A stretch of 64,000 nucleotides of DNA from positions 928,001-992,000 of the forward strand of contig CAVPCT010000005.1 of NCBI GenBank assembly GCA_963702475.1. Direction: 5' to 3'. Every line of letters starts with the position of its first letter. Position 1 is the first letter of the stretch. Made by a program: the position numbers and the translations under genes. Under the pieces are notes generated by a model, which searched no databases, was not told where the DNA came from, and saw nothing but the letters and a program-made list of their open reading frames with translations. The stretch is from an uncultured Thermoleophilia bacterium (GTDB taxonomy: Bacteria > Actinomycetota > Thermoleophilia > UBA2241). Positions 8,376 to 19,253 of this stretch are shown in pieces.

Positions 8376-10706
8376 TCAGCGATTCAGGAGGCCGAGCTCG
8401 CGCGCCCGCTCGACGGCTTCCTCCCGCGTGGTCGCCTCGAGCTTGCGGTAGATCGCCCGCAGGTGCGCCTTGACGGTGCCCTGCGAAAGGCAGAGGCGGT
8501 CGGCGAGGCTGGCCACGGTCAGATGCGTCGGCAGAAGCTCGAGGACGCGGTGTTCGGCGGGTGTGATGGGCTCCGCCATCACCCGCCGCTCCAGCGCGTC
8601 CTTCAGCTGCCTCGCCCTTCGCCCGAACATCCCCGCGTCGGGCCACTCGGCGAGCACCTCGAGGGCGCGGTCGCACCAGCCGCGCGCCGGCACCAGCTCG
8701 CCGTGCTCGAGCGCGACTTCGCCGAGCACGACGTAGGACACCAGCAGGATACTGGGGGGGGTTCTCACCATGTCCTTCAAGTAGTCGTCGATGACCTGCA
8801 CGAATCCCATCGTTTCCGGATCGCCCCGATGGGACAGGAGACGAAGGTGCGCGAGGAGCAGGGGCATGTAGATGCTGTGGTGCATCGTCACGTCCAGCCC
8901 CATGCGCGGACAGAGACGCTCGGCCTCCGCCACCAGCTCCTCGGCCTCGTCCCAGCGGCTGGCGTCGGCGGCGATGTGCGCAAGCTGCGCGGGGGTCCCG
9001 GCGTTCCACTCGAGCTCCAGGGCCATCCCGGCGAAGGTCGTCCTGCGTGAAAGCTCGCGCCACATCCGCTCGGCCGGCTCCGGTCGCCCAGAGAGGTAGT
9101 GACACCAGGCGAGACTGTCCACGGCCACGTCATGCCAGTCGCCCGGCCTTGTCTCGAGGCGCACGGCCTCCTCGAGGCAGCGACGCATCTCCCCCAACCC
9201 CTTCGTGCCGTGGTCACTGATCAGGATGAGCCAAGACGAGCGCAGTGAGGCCGCACCAGTAGATGAGGGACCGTCCTCGAAGTCCAGCTCCGCCGTGAGT
9301 CGCCACCAGCGACGTTCCTCCTCGCGCGTCTCGGCCACGCTTGCGTAGACCCAGCCGGCGGCGATGGCGAGTGCGGGGTACGCGAGCAACTCCTCCTCCG
9401 CGTACAGCTTCACGAGGCGGCGCGCGCTCTCGGAGAGGTTGTTGTTCAGCATGCTGTCGGCGGTGGTTTCCGTGAGACCCACGGTGGCCGCAACGTCGCC
9501 GGCGGCAAGGTAGTGACGGATGGCCGGCACGGGCTCGTCGTGAGCCTCGTACCACGCGGCCGCCCGACGGTGCAGCTGCGCCGGCCGCTCCGGTTCGCCG
9601 CGCTCGAGCCGGCTGCGAAGCAGGTCGGCGAACAGGTGGTGGTAGCGGTAGCGCTCGTCGCGGTCGTCGAGCGCGCTGACGAAGAGGTTCTCGCGCGCGA
9701 GGCGCGTAAGGACGGCGCCGGAGTCGTCGCGGCCAGTCACGGCCGCACACAGCGGCGCCGTCAGCTCGTCGAGGATCGACGTCTCGAGCAGGAAGCGCTG
9801 CAGGTCGGCGGGCTGGCGCTCGAGCACCTCGCCGAGGAGGTAGTCGGCGATGGCGCGCTGGTCGCCGCGCACCCCGGGCAGCCACTCGTCGGGCGACCGG
9901 CCGTGCGCCGTCTGCGACGCCAAGTAAAGGCCGGTCGCCCAGCCCTCCGTGGCCTCGAACAGCGCGGCGACCGTGTCGGGCGCACACGTGGGCTTGGCGC
10001 CGCCCTCCTCCGCCCCGTGCAAGGCCAGGAGCGCCCGCGCTTCGTCGCGGTCGAAGGCGAGGTCCCCGAAACGCAGCTCCAGCAGCTCGCCGCCCGCCCT
10101 CATCCTGCCGAGCGGCAGCGGCGGGTCGCGCCGTCCCGCCACGACCACCTGCGCGCCCTCGGGCAGGTTCTCGAGCGCGAGCTCGACGTGCGCCCATGCC
10201 TGCGCGTTCTGCACCAGCTGGGCGTCGTCCACCACGAGCACGAAGGGCCGCGCTCCGGCCACCGCCGTCGCGAGTCCGGGCAGGACCCGTTCGACCAGCG
10301 GAGGGTTGCGCAGCTGCAACAGCTGGATGATCTCGGGATCGATGCCGAGCACCTGGTCCAGCGCGACCACCAGGCAGCGCAGCAGCACGAGGGGGTCGTT
10401 GTCGTTGCCGTCGAGCCGCAACCAAGCAGACGGCCGGCTCTCGGCGCGCAGCCACTGCGTCAGCGTCACCGTCTTGCCCGAGCCGGCCGGCGCCGACACC
10501 AGCACCAGCGGCTCGCTCGACTTCAGCAGCTTCCTGACCAGCGCATCGCGCTGCACCAGCTCGACGTGCGGTCGCGGCGGGCGCAGCTTCGAGGGGAGGC
10601 AGTGGAGCCCAGGGGCCGCCGCGGCGGCGCGGCACGCCGTCGACGGCGTGCGAGGACGCCGCCCAGGCTTTGCCCCAGCTGCTTCGTCACCAGCCTGCGT
10701 GACCAT
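8376..10706 (-). CDS. MalT-like ATP-dependent LuxR family regulator (start approximate)
   Basis: APAGSGKT Walker A, WLRLDGNDNDP, TEGWATGL, RYHHLFADLL, C-terminal LuxR HTH. Confidence 0.9.
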   Translation of the reverse strand: MVTQAGDEAAGAKPGRRPRTPSTACRAAAAAPGLHCLPSKLRPPRPHVELVQRDALVRKLLKSSEPLVLVSAPAGSGKTVTLTQWLRAESRPSAWLRLDGNDNDPLVLLRCLVVALDQVLGIDPEIIQLLQLRNPPLVERVLPGLATAVAGARPFVLVVDDAQLVQNAQAWAHVELALENLPEGAQVVVAGRRDPPLPLGRMRAGGELLELRFGDLAFDRDEARALLALHGAEEGGAKPTCAPDTVAALFEATEGWATGLYLASQTAHGRSPDEWLPGVRGDQRAIADYLLGEVLERQPADLQRFLLETSILDELTAPLCAAVTGRDDSGAVLTRLARENLFVSALDDRDERYRYHHLFADLLRSRLERGEPERPAQLHRRAAAWYEAHDEPVPAIRHYLAAGDVAATVGLTETTADSMLNNNLSESARRLVKLYAEEELLAYPALAIAAGWVYASVAETREEERRWWRLTAELDFEDGPSSTGAASLRSSWLILISDHGTKGLGEMRRCLEEAVRLETRPGDWHDVAVDSLAWCHYLSGRPEPAERMWRELSRRTTFAGMALELEWNAGTPAQLAHIAADASRWDEAEELVAEAERLCPRMGLDVTMHHSIYMPLLLAHLRLLSHRGDPETMGFVQVIDDYLKDMVRTPPSILLVSYVVLGEVALEHGELVPARGWCDRALEVLAEWPDAGMFGRRARQLKDALERRVMAEPITPAEHRVLELLPTHLTVASLADRLCLSQGTVKAHLRAIYRKLEATTREEAVERARELGLLNR

Positions 10707-10908
10707 CGCCCCCAGAGCGGTCGCGGCCGTGCCCACCAAGACTAGCCAGCGGACCGGACGATGAACAGGCGCTGCCGTTGCAGGCATGCAACCGCGCTGA
10801 GGCGGAGTACGAGTTCGTCACCGCTCCCGGCGTGTCGGCCGTCTTGCCGATTCGGAAGGCATGCTGCCGGACGCCCCAGCACGAAAGCGCCCCGCGCAGC
10901 ATGAAGGG

Positions 10909-10955
10909 TGGTGCCGCCGGGCTGGATCGAACAGCCGACACCAGGTTCAGGAAAC
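10909..10955 (-). repeat. att-like copy of the 3' half of tRNA-Arg(CCT)
   Basis: Near-identical to 27302-27348 from the anticodon loop to CCA, with 2 mismatches; no 5' half. Confidence 0.85.
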
Positions 10956-11136
10956 ACCAGTCGGCCGTGACGGGCAGCGCTCAGGCAGGTGGAACTGCGC
11001 TGCACAGGCCAAGGTTCTGCGGGGGCACAGTGCCGGGTCGTACGCAAGAGTGGTGGGCTGTGACGAGGCGTCCCGTCGGCATTGCGCCGGCAGCGGATGG
11101 CGCCACGTGCGATGGCAGCGCGCCAAGACTTTCGCC

Positions 11137-13020
11137 TCACATCTCGGAGGTCATCATTGGGGCCGCCGCCTGTCCACTCGCCCCACCCGCGGCCTTCACC
11201 TCGAGCGAGAGGCGCTCCTCCAGCGCGGTGAGCAGCTCCACGGCCTCCGCGCTGAGGCCCGGCTGCGTCGCGCGCCCGTGTATGACGGCGAGCAGGTCGT
11301 TGAGGGCGGCCAGGCGGTCCGTGCTCCCCGGTGTCCGCAGGGCGAAGGCGACGATGCCGTCGAGCACGCGAGGCTGGACACGGTCCGGCCTGAGGGTGGC
11401 GAGGACGCCGGCGCGCTCGAGCAGGTCCCGTGTGTCTGGGCGCAGGCCGCACAGCCACAGTTCGATGCCGTCGCCGGCGAGACGCTGCCGCAGGTCGTCC
11501 AGGGCGTCGGCCACGGGCACATCGGCTTCCGGCGTCAGCCCCAGGTCGAGCAGGACGACCGACGGGCGCGGGTCGGCCCCCGCGACGGCCTCGACGATCT
11601 CGTCGCGCACCGCAGCGACGTTGGCGAAGAAGAGCATCTCGTCGGGACGCACGATGAGCAGGCCCGCGATCGCCGCCTCCGGTGCCGTGCGCAGATCGAC
11701 CGGCTCGAGGCCGCCGCGGGCCCGGCCGAGGAAGGTGAGGCGCGGCTGGCTCGATCGCCAGACCAGCATCAGCAGCGAGACGACGACGGCGATCGCCAGC
11801 GCCGGCAGGGTCGGCATCACGAGCACGCCGGCGAGGGCGATGAGCGCCAGCCAGAAGTCGGTCCGCCGCAGCCGCCACAACTGCCGCATCTTGCCGACCT
11901 TCATCATCCCCGCCACGGCGACGATGACGATAGCGCCGAGCGTCGCCTCGGGGAGTGGTTCGAACAGCGGCGTCAGGAACAGGGCCACCAGGGCGGTCGC
12001 CGCCGCGGCCGTGACCAGCGAGGCGGGCGTCTTGGCTCCCGCGCGATCGTTGGCGGCCGATTTGGAGAGCGACGAGCCGATCGGGAAGCCGGAGAAGAGG
12101 CCGGCGCCCGTGTTGGCGGCGCCGAGAGCGATCAGCTCCCGGTTCGGGTCGACCTTGCCGCCGTGCAGGCGCGCGAACTCGTTGGCCGGCCCGATCGCCT
12201 CCGCGAACGCGACCAGGGCGATCCCCAGCGCCCCGCCGAGCAGCTGGGGCACGGCATCCAGGCCGACGCCCGGCAGCGAGGGGCCGGCGAGGCCGGCGGG
12301 CAGCGGGCCGACCACCGTGACGCCGTGCGCCTCGAGGCCGACCGCGACCGAGACGGCGATCGAGCCGAGGAGGACGAGCAGCGCCGCCGGGAGCTTGGGC
12401 AGCCGCCGCTCGAGCACGATCATGGCCAAGATGCAGGCCGTGCCCACCGCCAGCGTCAGCAGGTCCGTTTCCTTGACGTGCGGCAGCATGTCCCGGATCA
12501 GAGCGATCGCGGTATCGCCATGGGCCTCGATGCCGAGGATCTTGGGGATCTGCTTGATGGTGATCAGCAAGGCGAGCCCGAACACGAAGCCGACGAGCAC
12601 CGACTGCGAGAAGAACTGGGCGATGCGCCCGAGCCTGAGGACCCCGAACGCGATCGAGACGAGGCCGGCCAGCACCGCCAGAGCGGCGGTGAGGGCGACG
12701 TACTCGGCGCTGCCGGCGGTCGCGAGCTCCGAGATCGTCGCGGCCGACATGATCGCGACGGCCGAGGAGACCGCGACCACCAGCTGGCGCGAGCTGCCCA
12801 GCACCGCGTAGGCGAGCAGCCCGATCGGCGCCGCGTAGAACGCGTACTCCGGGGGGACGCCGGCCAGCTGCGCGTACGCCATGCCCTCCGGGACGAGGAT
12901 ACCGCACACGGTGAGCCCGGCGATGACATCGAAGCGCAGCCAGCTGCGCTTGTAGCCGGGCACCCACTGGAGGATCGGCCAGGTATGCCCCGTCGCTCGC
13001 CGAGCTGAAGGCTCTGTCAT
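11137..13020 (-). CDS. SulP family anion transporter with STAS domain
   Basis: DVIAGLTV, PEGMAYAQLAGVPP, NRELIALGAAN, C-terminal LFFANV STAS. Confidence 0.92.
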   Translation of the reverse strand: MTEPSARRATGHTWPILQWVPGYKRSWLRFDVIAGLTVCGILVPEGMAYAQLAGVPPEYAFYAAPIGLLAYAVLGSSRQLVVAVSSAVAIMSAATISELATAGSAEYVALTAALAVLAGLVSIAFGVLRLGRIAQFFSQSVLVGFVFGLALLITIKQIPKILGIEAHGDTAIALIRDMLPHVKETDLLTLAVGTACILAMIVLERRLPKLPAALLVLLGSIAVSVAVGLEAHGVTVVGPLPAGLAGPSLPGVGLDAVPQLLGGALGIALVAFAEAIGPANEFARLHGGKVDPNRELIALGAANTGAGLFSGFPIGSSLSKSAANDRAGAKTPASLVTAAAATALVALFLTPLFEPLPEATLGAIVIVAVAGMMKVGKMRQLWRLRRTDFWLALIALAGVLVMPTLPALAIAVVVSLLMLVWRSSQPRLTFLGRARGGLEPVDLRTAPEAAIAGLLIVRPDEMLFFANVAAVRDEIVEAVAGADPRPSVVLLDLGLTPEADVPVADALDDLRQRLAGDGIELWLCGLRPDTRDLLERAGVLATLRPDRVQPRVLDGIVAFALRTPGSTDRLAALNDLLAVIHGRATQPGLSAEAVELLTALEERLSLEVKAAGGASGQAAAPMMTSEM

Positions 13021-13107
13021 CGTCGTCCCCGATCGCCCGCCGGGCTCCCGGCGCATCCTCGTCTCAGAGTGACACGATATCGCTGTCCTCGCATGTGCGA
13101 CGTCCGG

Positions 13108-13870
13108 TCACTCGACATTGACCTTGGGCAGGATCCGCTTGAGGAATCCCGGGAGCCACGAGTCGGCCTTGCCGCCCGCGACCTTCATCACGGCAGGCAC
13201 GATGAGCAGCCGGGTGAGCGTGGCGTCCAGCACGACCGCGACCGCCAGCGCGAAGCCGAACTCCTTGAGCTCGAGCACGTCAGCGACGATGAAGCAGCCG
13301 AACACCGCGGCCATGATCGCTGCCGCCGCAGTGATCACCCGGGCAGTGTGCACGACGCCCGCCCCCACCGACTGGTCCTTGTCGCCCGTCGTCAGCCACC
13401 CCTCCTGCATACGCCCGACGAGGAACACCTCGTAGTCCATCGAGAGCCCGAACAGCACCGCGAACACCATGATCGGCAGGAAGGTCCGCACGAACCCCAC
13501 GCTGGTGAAGCCGAGCACGCTCTCGAGGTGGCCGTCGGCGAACACCCACGCCGTCAGACCGAAGGCAGCGAACGTCGCCAACAGTCTCATGAGCACGGCC
13601 TTCACCGGGATCAGCAGGCTGCGGAACACGAGCAGCAGGTAGCAGAACGACAGCACCAGGACGATGGTCATGACCAGGGGCAGCTTGCTCAGCGTCTCGT
13701 TGCCCAGGTCGTCGCCGTTCAGGCCCATCGTGGCGTAGGCCGCCGTCTTGTCCTTGGAGATCTGGTTCTCCGTTCCAACGTCGAGCGGACTGACCACGGA
13801 CACGACCCAAGTCTTCTTCTTGACGGCCTTGACGAGACGGTCGATGGCATCCGCGTACTCGCAGTGCCGC
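13108..13870 (-). pseudogene. MMPL/RND transporter C-terminal fragment
   Basis: FRSLLIPVKAV, FGLSMDYEVFL, TARVITAAAAIM, DATLTRLLIVPA; only about 250 aa of a protein normally about 700 aa. Confidence 0.8.
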
Positions 13871-14022
13871 CCGGTCCTTGCGGCGTGGGTGAAACGCCCC
13901 CGGCCATCGTTCCCCTCCCCTACGCGATCCTCCAGTGGCTGGCGCACGAACGGCTCCTCCGGCTGCCCTGTCGAGACAGCGGTTCTCGCCCTTCAGGGCG
14001 CAACTGCGCGAGCTCCGTTCTG

Positions 14023-14637
14023 TCACTCACGAAAGGCCAGCCTCGCGACGTCGCGCAGGACCTCGACCATGGCCGCCTCGACGCGCTCGTCGGGCTCGGT
14101 GTCCAGGCCGACGCCGTGCCGGATGTACCGGCCGAGCAGCGCATAACCCGCGGTGGCTGAGCTGAGGCAGGCGACGATGATGCGAGGGTCGTGCCGCCCA
14201 CCTACGGCACCGCTCTCGAGCTCCGAGCGAAACCGCTCCAGCAGCCCGGTCATTGCCGGGCTCGTGGCCGGCACCCCGTCGAAGACACCGTCCAGTGTCG
14301 CGCGCGCGAGGGCGGCGATGAACTCGCGCTCCTGAAGCGCGGCGTGGACGACGACTGCCGCTCCCTCGACCACGTCGGGCATCTCCTCCACGGCGGCGGC
14401 CATATGGCGTTGCGCCCGTTCCATGGCGGCACGCATCAGGTCGTGCTTCGAGCCGAAGTAGCGGTGGACGAAGGTCGGGTTCACATCGGCCCTGGCGGCG
14501 ATGTCGCGCACCGTGACGCGGCCGGACGGGCGCTCGGCGAAGAGCGCCGCCGCCGCGTCGATCAGGGCCTGGCTGACATCCTCGCGCGACCGCCGCGGTC
14601 GTCTGCGGCGGGCGGCCGCGTCCTCTCCTGGCTCCAT
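14023..14637 (-). CDS. TetR family regulator
   Basis: ALIDAAAALFAER...VTVRDIAARADVNPTFVHRYFGSK; divergent from the HAD-sulfatase operon. Confidence 0.88.
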   Translation of the reverse strand: MEPGEDAAARRRRPRRSREDVSQALIDAAAALFAERPSGRVTVRDIAARADVNPTFVHRYFGSKHDLMRAAMERAQRHMAAAVEEMPDVVEGAAVVVHAALQEREFIAALARATLDGVFDGVPATSPAMTGLLERFRSELESGAVGGRHDPRIIVACLSSATAGYALLGRYIRHGVGLDTEPDERVEAAMVEVLRDVARLAFRE

Positions 14638-14751
14638 CGTCTGCTCCGGTTCCGTCAGGTCGGCAGAAACGAAACGCCCGTCAACGTTGGCATGGTACCA
14701 CCGTACGGCATAATGTAGTCGTTCGTGTACTTCGGCCGACGCGAGGACGCC

Positions 14752-15630
14752 ATGAGAGACGAGGCAACGCTCCCCAGCTGGAACGACGGACCCGCAAGGG
14801 CGGCCATCCTCGAGTTCGTCCGCTCGGTGACGGCACCCGGAGATTCGTTCGTACCTGTGGCCGAGCGGATCGCCGCCTTCGACAACGACGGCACGCTCTG
14901 GTGTGAGAAGCCCATGTACGTCCAGGCCGATTTCGTCTCTCGTCGCTGGAAGGCAATGGTCAGGGAGGATCCACGACGAGCCGCGGAGCAGCCATTCAAG
15001 GCCCTCATCGAGGGCGACGCCGAATGGCTCGCGGACGTCTACGCACACGCGCCGGAGCTGATCAAGGGCGTCGCCGAGGCCTACGAGGGCATCACCACGG
15101 AGGCCTTCGAGGCGGCGGCACGGGAGTTCTTCGCGTCCGCCACACATCCGACCCTCGGCGTCCCGTACGTCGACGTCACGTACCGGCCGATGCGCGAGCT
15201 GATCGAGTACCTGGAAAGGAATGGCTTTCGCGTCTACATCTGCTCAGCGGGCGGCCGCGACTTCGTGCGCGCCGTGAGCGAGCAGATCTACGGCCTGCCT
15301 CGGGACCGCGTGATCGGCTCGGCGGCGGCCCTGGAGTACCGCGACGGCGACCTCTACCGCACGGCGGAAGTCGAGCAGCCCATCGACGACGGGCCGGGGA
15401 AGCCCATCCACATCTGGACCCGCACCGGCCGCAAGCCGCTGCTCGCCGGCGGCAACGCCGACGGGGACGTCCCGATGCTGCAGGCCGCGCGCTTCGCGCT
15501 CCTCGTTCACCACGACGACGACGCGCGAGAGTTCGCCTACGACCAGGGAGCCGAACAGGCGCTGGCCGCAGCCGATGCCGGCGGCTGGACCGTGGTGAGC
15601 ATGAAGGAGGACTTCAGGACGGTGTTCTGA
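14752..15630 (+). CDS. HAD superfamily hydrolase
   Basis: AAFDNDGTLWCEKP motif I and GNADGDVPML motif. Confidence 0.88.
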   Translation: MRDEATLPSWNDGPARAAILEFVRSVTAPGDSFVPVAERIAAFDNDGTLWCEKPMYVQADFVSRRWKAMVREDPRRAAEQPFKALIEGDAEWLADVYAHAPELIKGVAEAYEGITTEAFEAAAREFFASATHPTLGVPYVDVTYRPMRELIEYLERNGFRVYICSAGGRDFVRAVSEQIYGLPRDRVIGSAAALEYRDGDLYRTAEVEQPIDDGPGKPIHIWTRTGRKPLLAGGNADGDVPMLQAARFALLVHHDDDAREFAYDQGAEQALAAADAGGWTVVSMKEDFRTVF

Positions 15631-15677
15631 TCGGGCGAGCGGCGGGTGCAGTCGGAGAGCGAGACGGGAGGGGAGAG

Positions 15678-16781
15678 ATGAACGCCATGGGGGATCACGT
15701 TGATCCAGTCCGATTGGCCGCCGGCCCTGAGGACTACGCGCGCTTCGGGCTCAAGAAGGGAGAGATCGAACCGTGGGAGGACGGTCTTCGCTTGGACCCG
15801 GGCGCGCCCAACATCGAGTGGTGGTACTTCGACTCGCTGCTGGACGACGGCGCCAAGTTGTCGGTCATCCACTGCACGAAGGACGCGTCCCGGCCCCATC
15901 AGCCCCTCGAGCCTCTCATCGAGATCGATCTGGATCTGCCGGACGGGAGGCGGATGTCCAAGTACGGCCGGTTCAAGGCCCATGACTTCGCCGCCTCCAG
16001 GGACGGCTGCGACGTGCACATCGGCGACCACCACTTCACCGGCGACCTGCGCGAGTACCACATCACGGGAGCGGCCGAGGATCTCTCGGCCGAGGTCCGG
16101 CTCGAGTCCATCACGGAGCCCTGGCGGCCCGAGACGGGACACCTTGTCTTCGGGCCCGACGGCGAGACCATCTTCGCCTGGGCGCCCTTCGTGCCCATGG
16201 GCAGGGTGACCGCCACCTACCGCATCGGCACCGAGGTCCACGAGACCACCGGGATGGGCTACCACGACCACAACTGGATGAACCAGAGCATGGCGCACCT
16301 GGTCGACCACTGGTACTGGGGACGCGGGCAAGTGGGCCCCTACTCGTACGTCACGGCCTACATCACGGCGGCGAAGAAGTACGGCTACGCGGAGTTCCCC
16401 TACTACATGCTCGCCCGGGACGGCAAGGTCGTCGCCGACGACGGCGCCAAGGTGACGTTCAGCAAGAGCGGGAGCGAGACGGACGCCCACACCGGCAAGC
16501 CGGTGCCCGACTCGATGTGCTTCGAGTACCGCGACGGGGATACCCGCTTCGTGCTGACGTACTCGCGCGAGCACACCCTCGTCAGCCAGACCCTCGTCGA
16601 CTTCGCGGCGGGCGCGCAGAAGATCATCGCCGAGATCATCAGGTATCCGGGCGGCTACCTTCGCTTCTCAGGGCCGGTCGTCCTCGAGCGCTACGAGGGC
16701 GGCGAGGTCGCCGAGCGCTACGAAGAGCACGGCTCCTTCGAGGAGTGCTACTGGCAGCGCACGATCCACGGCGACCGGTGA
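15678..16781 (+). CDS. Lipocalin-like AttH/CrtC (hydratase/cyclase-like) family protein
   Basis: WEDGLR, EWWYFD, GYHDHNW, WYWGR motifs; paralog at 19254. Confidence 0.75.
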   Translation: MNAMGDHVDPVRLAAGPEDYARFGLKKGEIEPWEDGLRLDPGAPNIEWWYFDSLLDDGAKLSVIHCTKDASRPHQPLEPLIEIDLDLPDGRRMSKYGRFKAHDFAASRDGCDVHIGDHHFTGDLREYHITGAAEDLSAEVRLESITEPWRPETGHLVFGPDGETIFAWAPFVPMGRVTATYRIGTEVHETTGMGYHDHNWMNQSMAHLVDHWYWGRGQVGPYSYVTAYITAAKKYGYAEFPYYMLARDGKVVADDGAKVTFSKSGSETDAHTGKPVPDSMCFEYRDGDTRFVLTYSREHTLVSQTLVDFAAGAQKIIAEIIRYPGGYLRFSGPVVLERYEGGEVAERYEEHGSFEECYWQRTIHGDR

Positions 16782-16830
16782 GGTGCGCTCCTGTGGACGC
16801 ACACGCAGACGAACTGAAGGGGTGAGGAGG

Positions 16831-19188
16831 ATGCGGGAGCCATTCAAAGGGGTCATCAACGTCGACATCCGCGACTCGACGCCGGACTGGGCGCCGTTCG
16901 AGCCGCCCAGGGCGCCGGACGGCGCCCCCAACGTCGTCTACATCGTGCTCGACGACGTCGGCTTCTCGGCGATGAGCTGCTACGGGGGGCCGATCGAGAC
17001 GCCCAACATCGACCGCATCGCCGCCGAGGGCGTGCGCTACACGCAGTGGCACACGACCGCCCTCTGCTCCCCGACGCGATCCTGCCTGCTCACCGGCCGC
17101 AACCACACCCGCAACAGCATGGCCTGCATCACCGAGGGCGCGATCGGGTTCCCGAACGGGAGCGGCACCGTCCCGCCCGAGAACGGCATGCTCTCCGAGA
17201 TCCTCGGCGAACTGGGCTGGAACACCTACATGGTCGGCAAGTGGCACCTCTGCCCGACCGACGAGATGAACCTGGCCGCGCCGCGGCGCAACTGGCCGAG
17301 CGGCCGCGGCTTCGAGCGCTGGTACGGGTTCCTGGGGGCGGAGACCAACCAGTGGTATCCCGAGCTGGTCTACGACAACCACCCCGTCGACCAGCCCAGG
17401 TCGCCGGAAGAGGGTTACCACCTCACCGAGGACATCACCGACAAGGCGCTCGAGTTCATCAAGGACGCCCACGCGATCGCGCCCGACAAGCCGTTCTTCC
17501 TGTACTACGCACCGGGGGCGTGTCACGCGCCGCATCACGCGCCCAAAGAGTGGATCGCCAAGTTCAAGGGGCGCTTCGACGCGGGGTATGAGGCGATGCG
17601 GGTCGAGACGCTCGCCCGGCAGAAGGAGATGGGCCTCGTCCCGCCCGCTACCGAGCTGCCGCCGGTGAATCCCATCGGCACGGCGGCGACGCGCACGGGG
17701 CCGAAGGGGCAGCCCTTCCCGGCACTGGACTTCACCAAGCCGTGGGACTCGTTGTCCGATGAAGAGAAGCGGCTCTTCGCGCGGATGGCCGAGGTCTACG
17801 CCGGCTTCCTCGCGCACACCGACCACCACATCGGAAGGCTGCTCGACTACCTCGACGAGGCCGAGCTGCGCGAGAACACCCTGGTCATCCTGGTCTCCGA
17901 CAACGGCGCCAGCGGCGAAGGCGGTCCCGTCGGCTCGGTGAACGAGAACCTGTTCGTGAACGGCATGCCCGACGATCTCCAGGCCAACCTCGCGCTGCTC
18001 GACGAACTCGGCGGCGTCAAGACCTACAACCACTACCCGACCGGCTGGGCGATGGCCTTCAACACGCCGTTCAAGATGTGGAAGCGCTACAACTTCAACG
18101 GCGGCACCTCCGACCCATGCGTCATCTCGTGGCCGACGGGGACGAACGCCAGGGGCGAGCTCAGGGAGCAGTACCACCACGCGATCGACATCGTCCCGAC
18201 GATCCTCGACTGCCTCGGCGTAGAGGCTCCCGAGACCATCAAGGGGAACGTCCAGAGCGACTTCGACGGCGTCAGCATGCGGTACAGCTTCGACGACGCT
18301 GCGGCCCAGGGGACGCGCACGACGCAGTTCTACTCGATGCTCGGCCAGCGCGCGGTCTGGCACGACGGGTGGAAGGCCGTCACCACCCATCCGCCGCTCA
18401 GCGGGTGGAGCGACTTCAACGACGACGCCTGGGAGCTCTACCACACCGCCGTCGACCGTGCGGAGCTGCACGACCTGGCCGCAGAGATGCCCGACAAGGT
18501 GCGCGAGCTCGTGAACCTCTGGTTCGCCGAGGCCGGCAGGAACGCGGCGTTCCCACTCGACGACCGCCTGGTGCTCGAGATCGGCCTCGCAGAGCGGCCG
18601 CAGCTCTCCGCGCCACGCGACAAGTACGTCTACTATCCGGGCATCGCGGACGTCCCCGAGAGCCAGTCCGTCAACATCCGCAACCGCTCCTACTCTCTCG
18701 GCGCGCTGGTCGACATCCCGGCGCCGGGCGCCGAGGGAGTGCTGTTCGCCCACGGCGCACGCTTCGGCGGGCACGCCCTCTACGTCAAAGACGACAAGCT
18801 GCACTACGTCTACAGCTTCGTGGGAGTGACGGAGCAGAAGATCGATGGGACGGAAGATGTCCCGACCGGCGAGAACCTGCTCCTGGCCGCCACCTTCGAG
18901 AAGGACGGGGAGGACCCGCCGGGCGTCGCCACGGGCATGCTGTCCCTCTACCACGGCGACAAGAAGGTGGGTGAGGGGCGGATCAAGACCCAGCCCGGGC
19001 AGTTCTCATTGGGTGGCGAAGGGCTGTGCGTGGGGCGCGACAGCGGCGCCCCGGTCACCGACGACTATCCCGGCGAGGCCCCGTACCGGTTCACCGGCGG
19101 CACCATCAAGCAGGTGAGGGTCAACGTGAGCGGCGAGCCCTATCTGAACCTGGAGCGCGAGGCAGTAGCGATGCTCATGCGGGAGTGA
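16831..19188 (+). CDS. Arylsulfatase (Cys-type, about 785 aa)
   Basis: PNVVYIVLDDVG, CSPTR formylglycine motif, GKWHL, SDNGAS. Confidence 0.95.
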   Translation: MREPFKGVINVDIRDSTPDWAPFEPPRAPDGAPNVVYIVLDDVGFSAMSCYGGPIETPNIDRIAAEGVRYTQWHTTALCSPTRSCLLTGRNHTRNSMACITEGAIGFPNGSGTVPPENGMLSEILGELGWNTYMVGKWHLCPTDEMNLAAPRRNWPSGRGFERWYGFLGAETNQWYPELVYDNHPVDQPRSPEEGYHLTEDITDKALEFIKDAHAIAPDKPFFLYYAPGACHAPHHAPKEWIAKFKGRFDAGYEAMRVETLARQKEMGLVPPATELPPVNPIGTAATRTGPKGQPFPALDFTKPWDSLSDEEKRLFARMAEVYAGFLAHTDHHIGRLLDYLDEAELRENTLVILVSDNGASGEGGPVGSVNENLFVNGMPDDLQANLALLDELGGVKTYNHYPTGWAMAFNTPFKMWKRYNFNGGTSDPCVISWPTGTNARGELREQYHHAIDIVPTILDCLGVEAPETIKGNVQSDFDGVSMRYSFDDAAAQGTRTTQFYSMLGQRAVWHDGWKAVTTHPPLSGWSDFNDDAWELYHTAVDRAELHDLAAEMPDKVRELVNLWFAEAGRNAAFPLDDRLVLEIGLAERPQLSAPRDKYVYYPGIADVPESQSVNIRNRSYSLGALVDIPAPGAEGVLFAHGARFGGHALYVKDDKLHYVYSFVGVTEQKIDGTEDVPTGENLLLAATFEKDGEDPPGVATGMLSLYHGDKKVGEGRIKTQPGQFSLGGEGLCVGRDSGAPVTDDYPGEAPYRFTGGTIKQVRVNVSGEPYLNLEREAVAMLMRE

Positions 19189-19253
19189 AGGCAGGTCTGC
19201 CCCAGACTGCTGATTCGGGACTGAGCAAGGGAGCACGAGAAGGAGGGATCCCC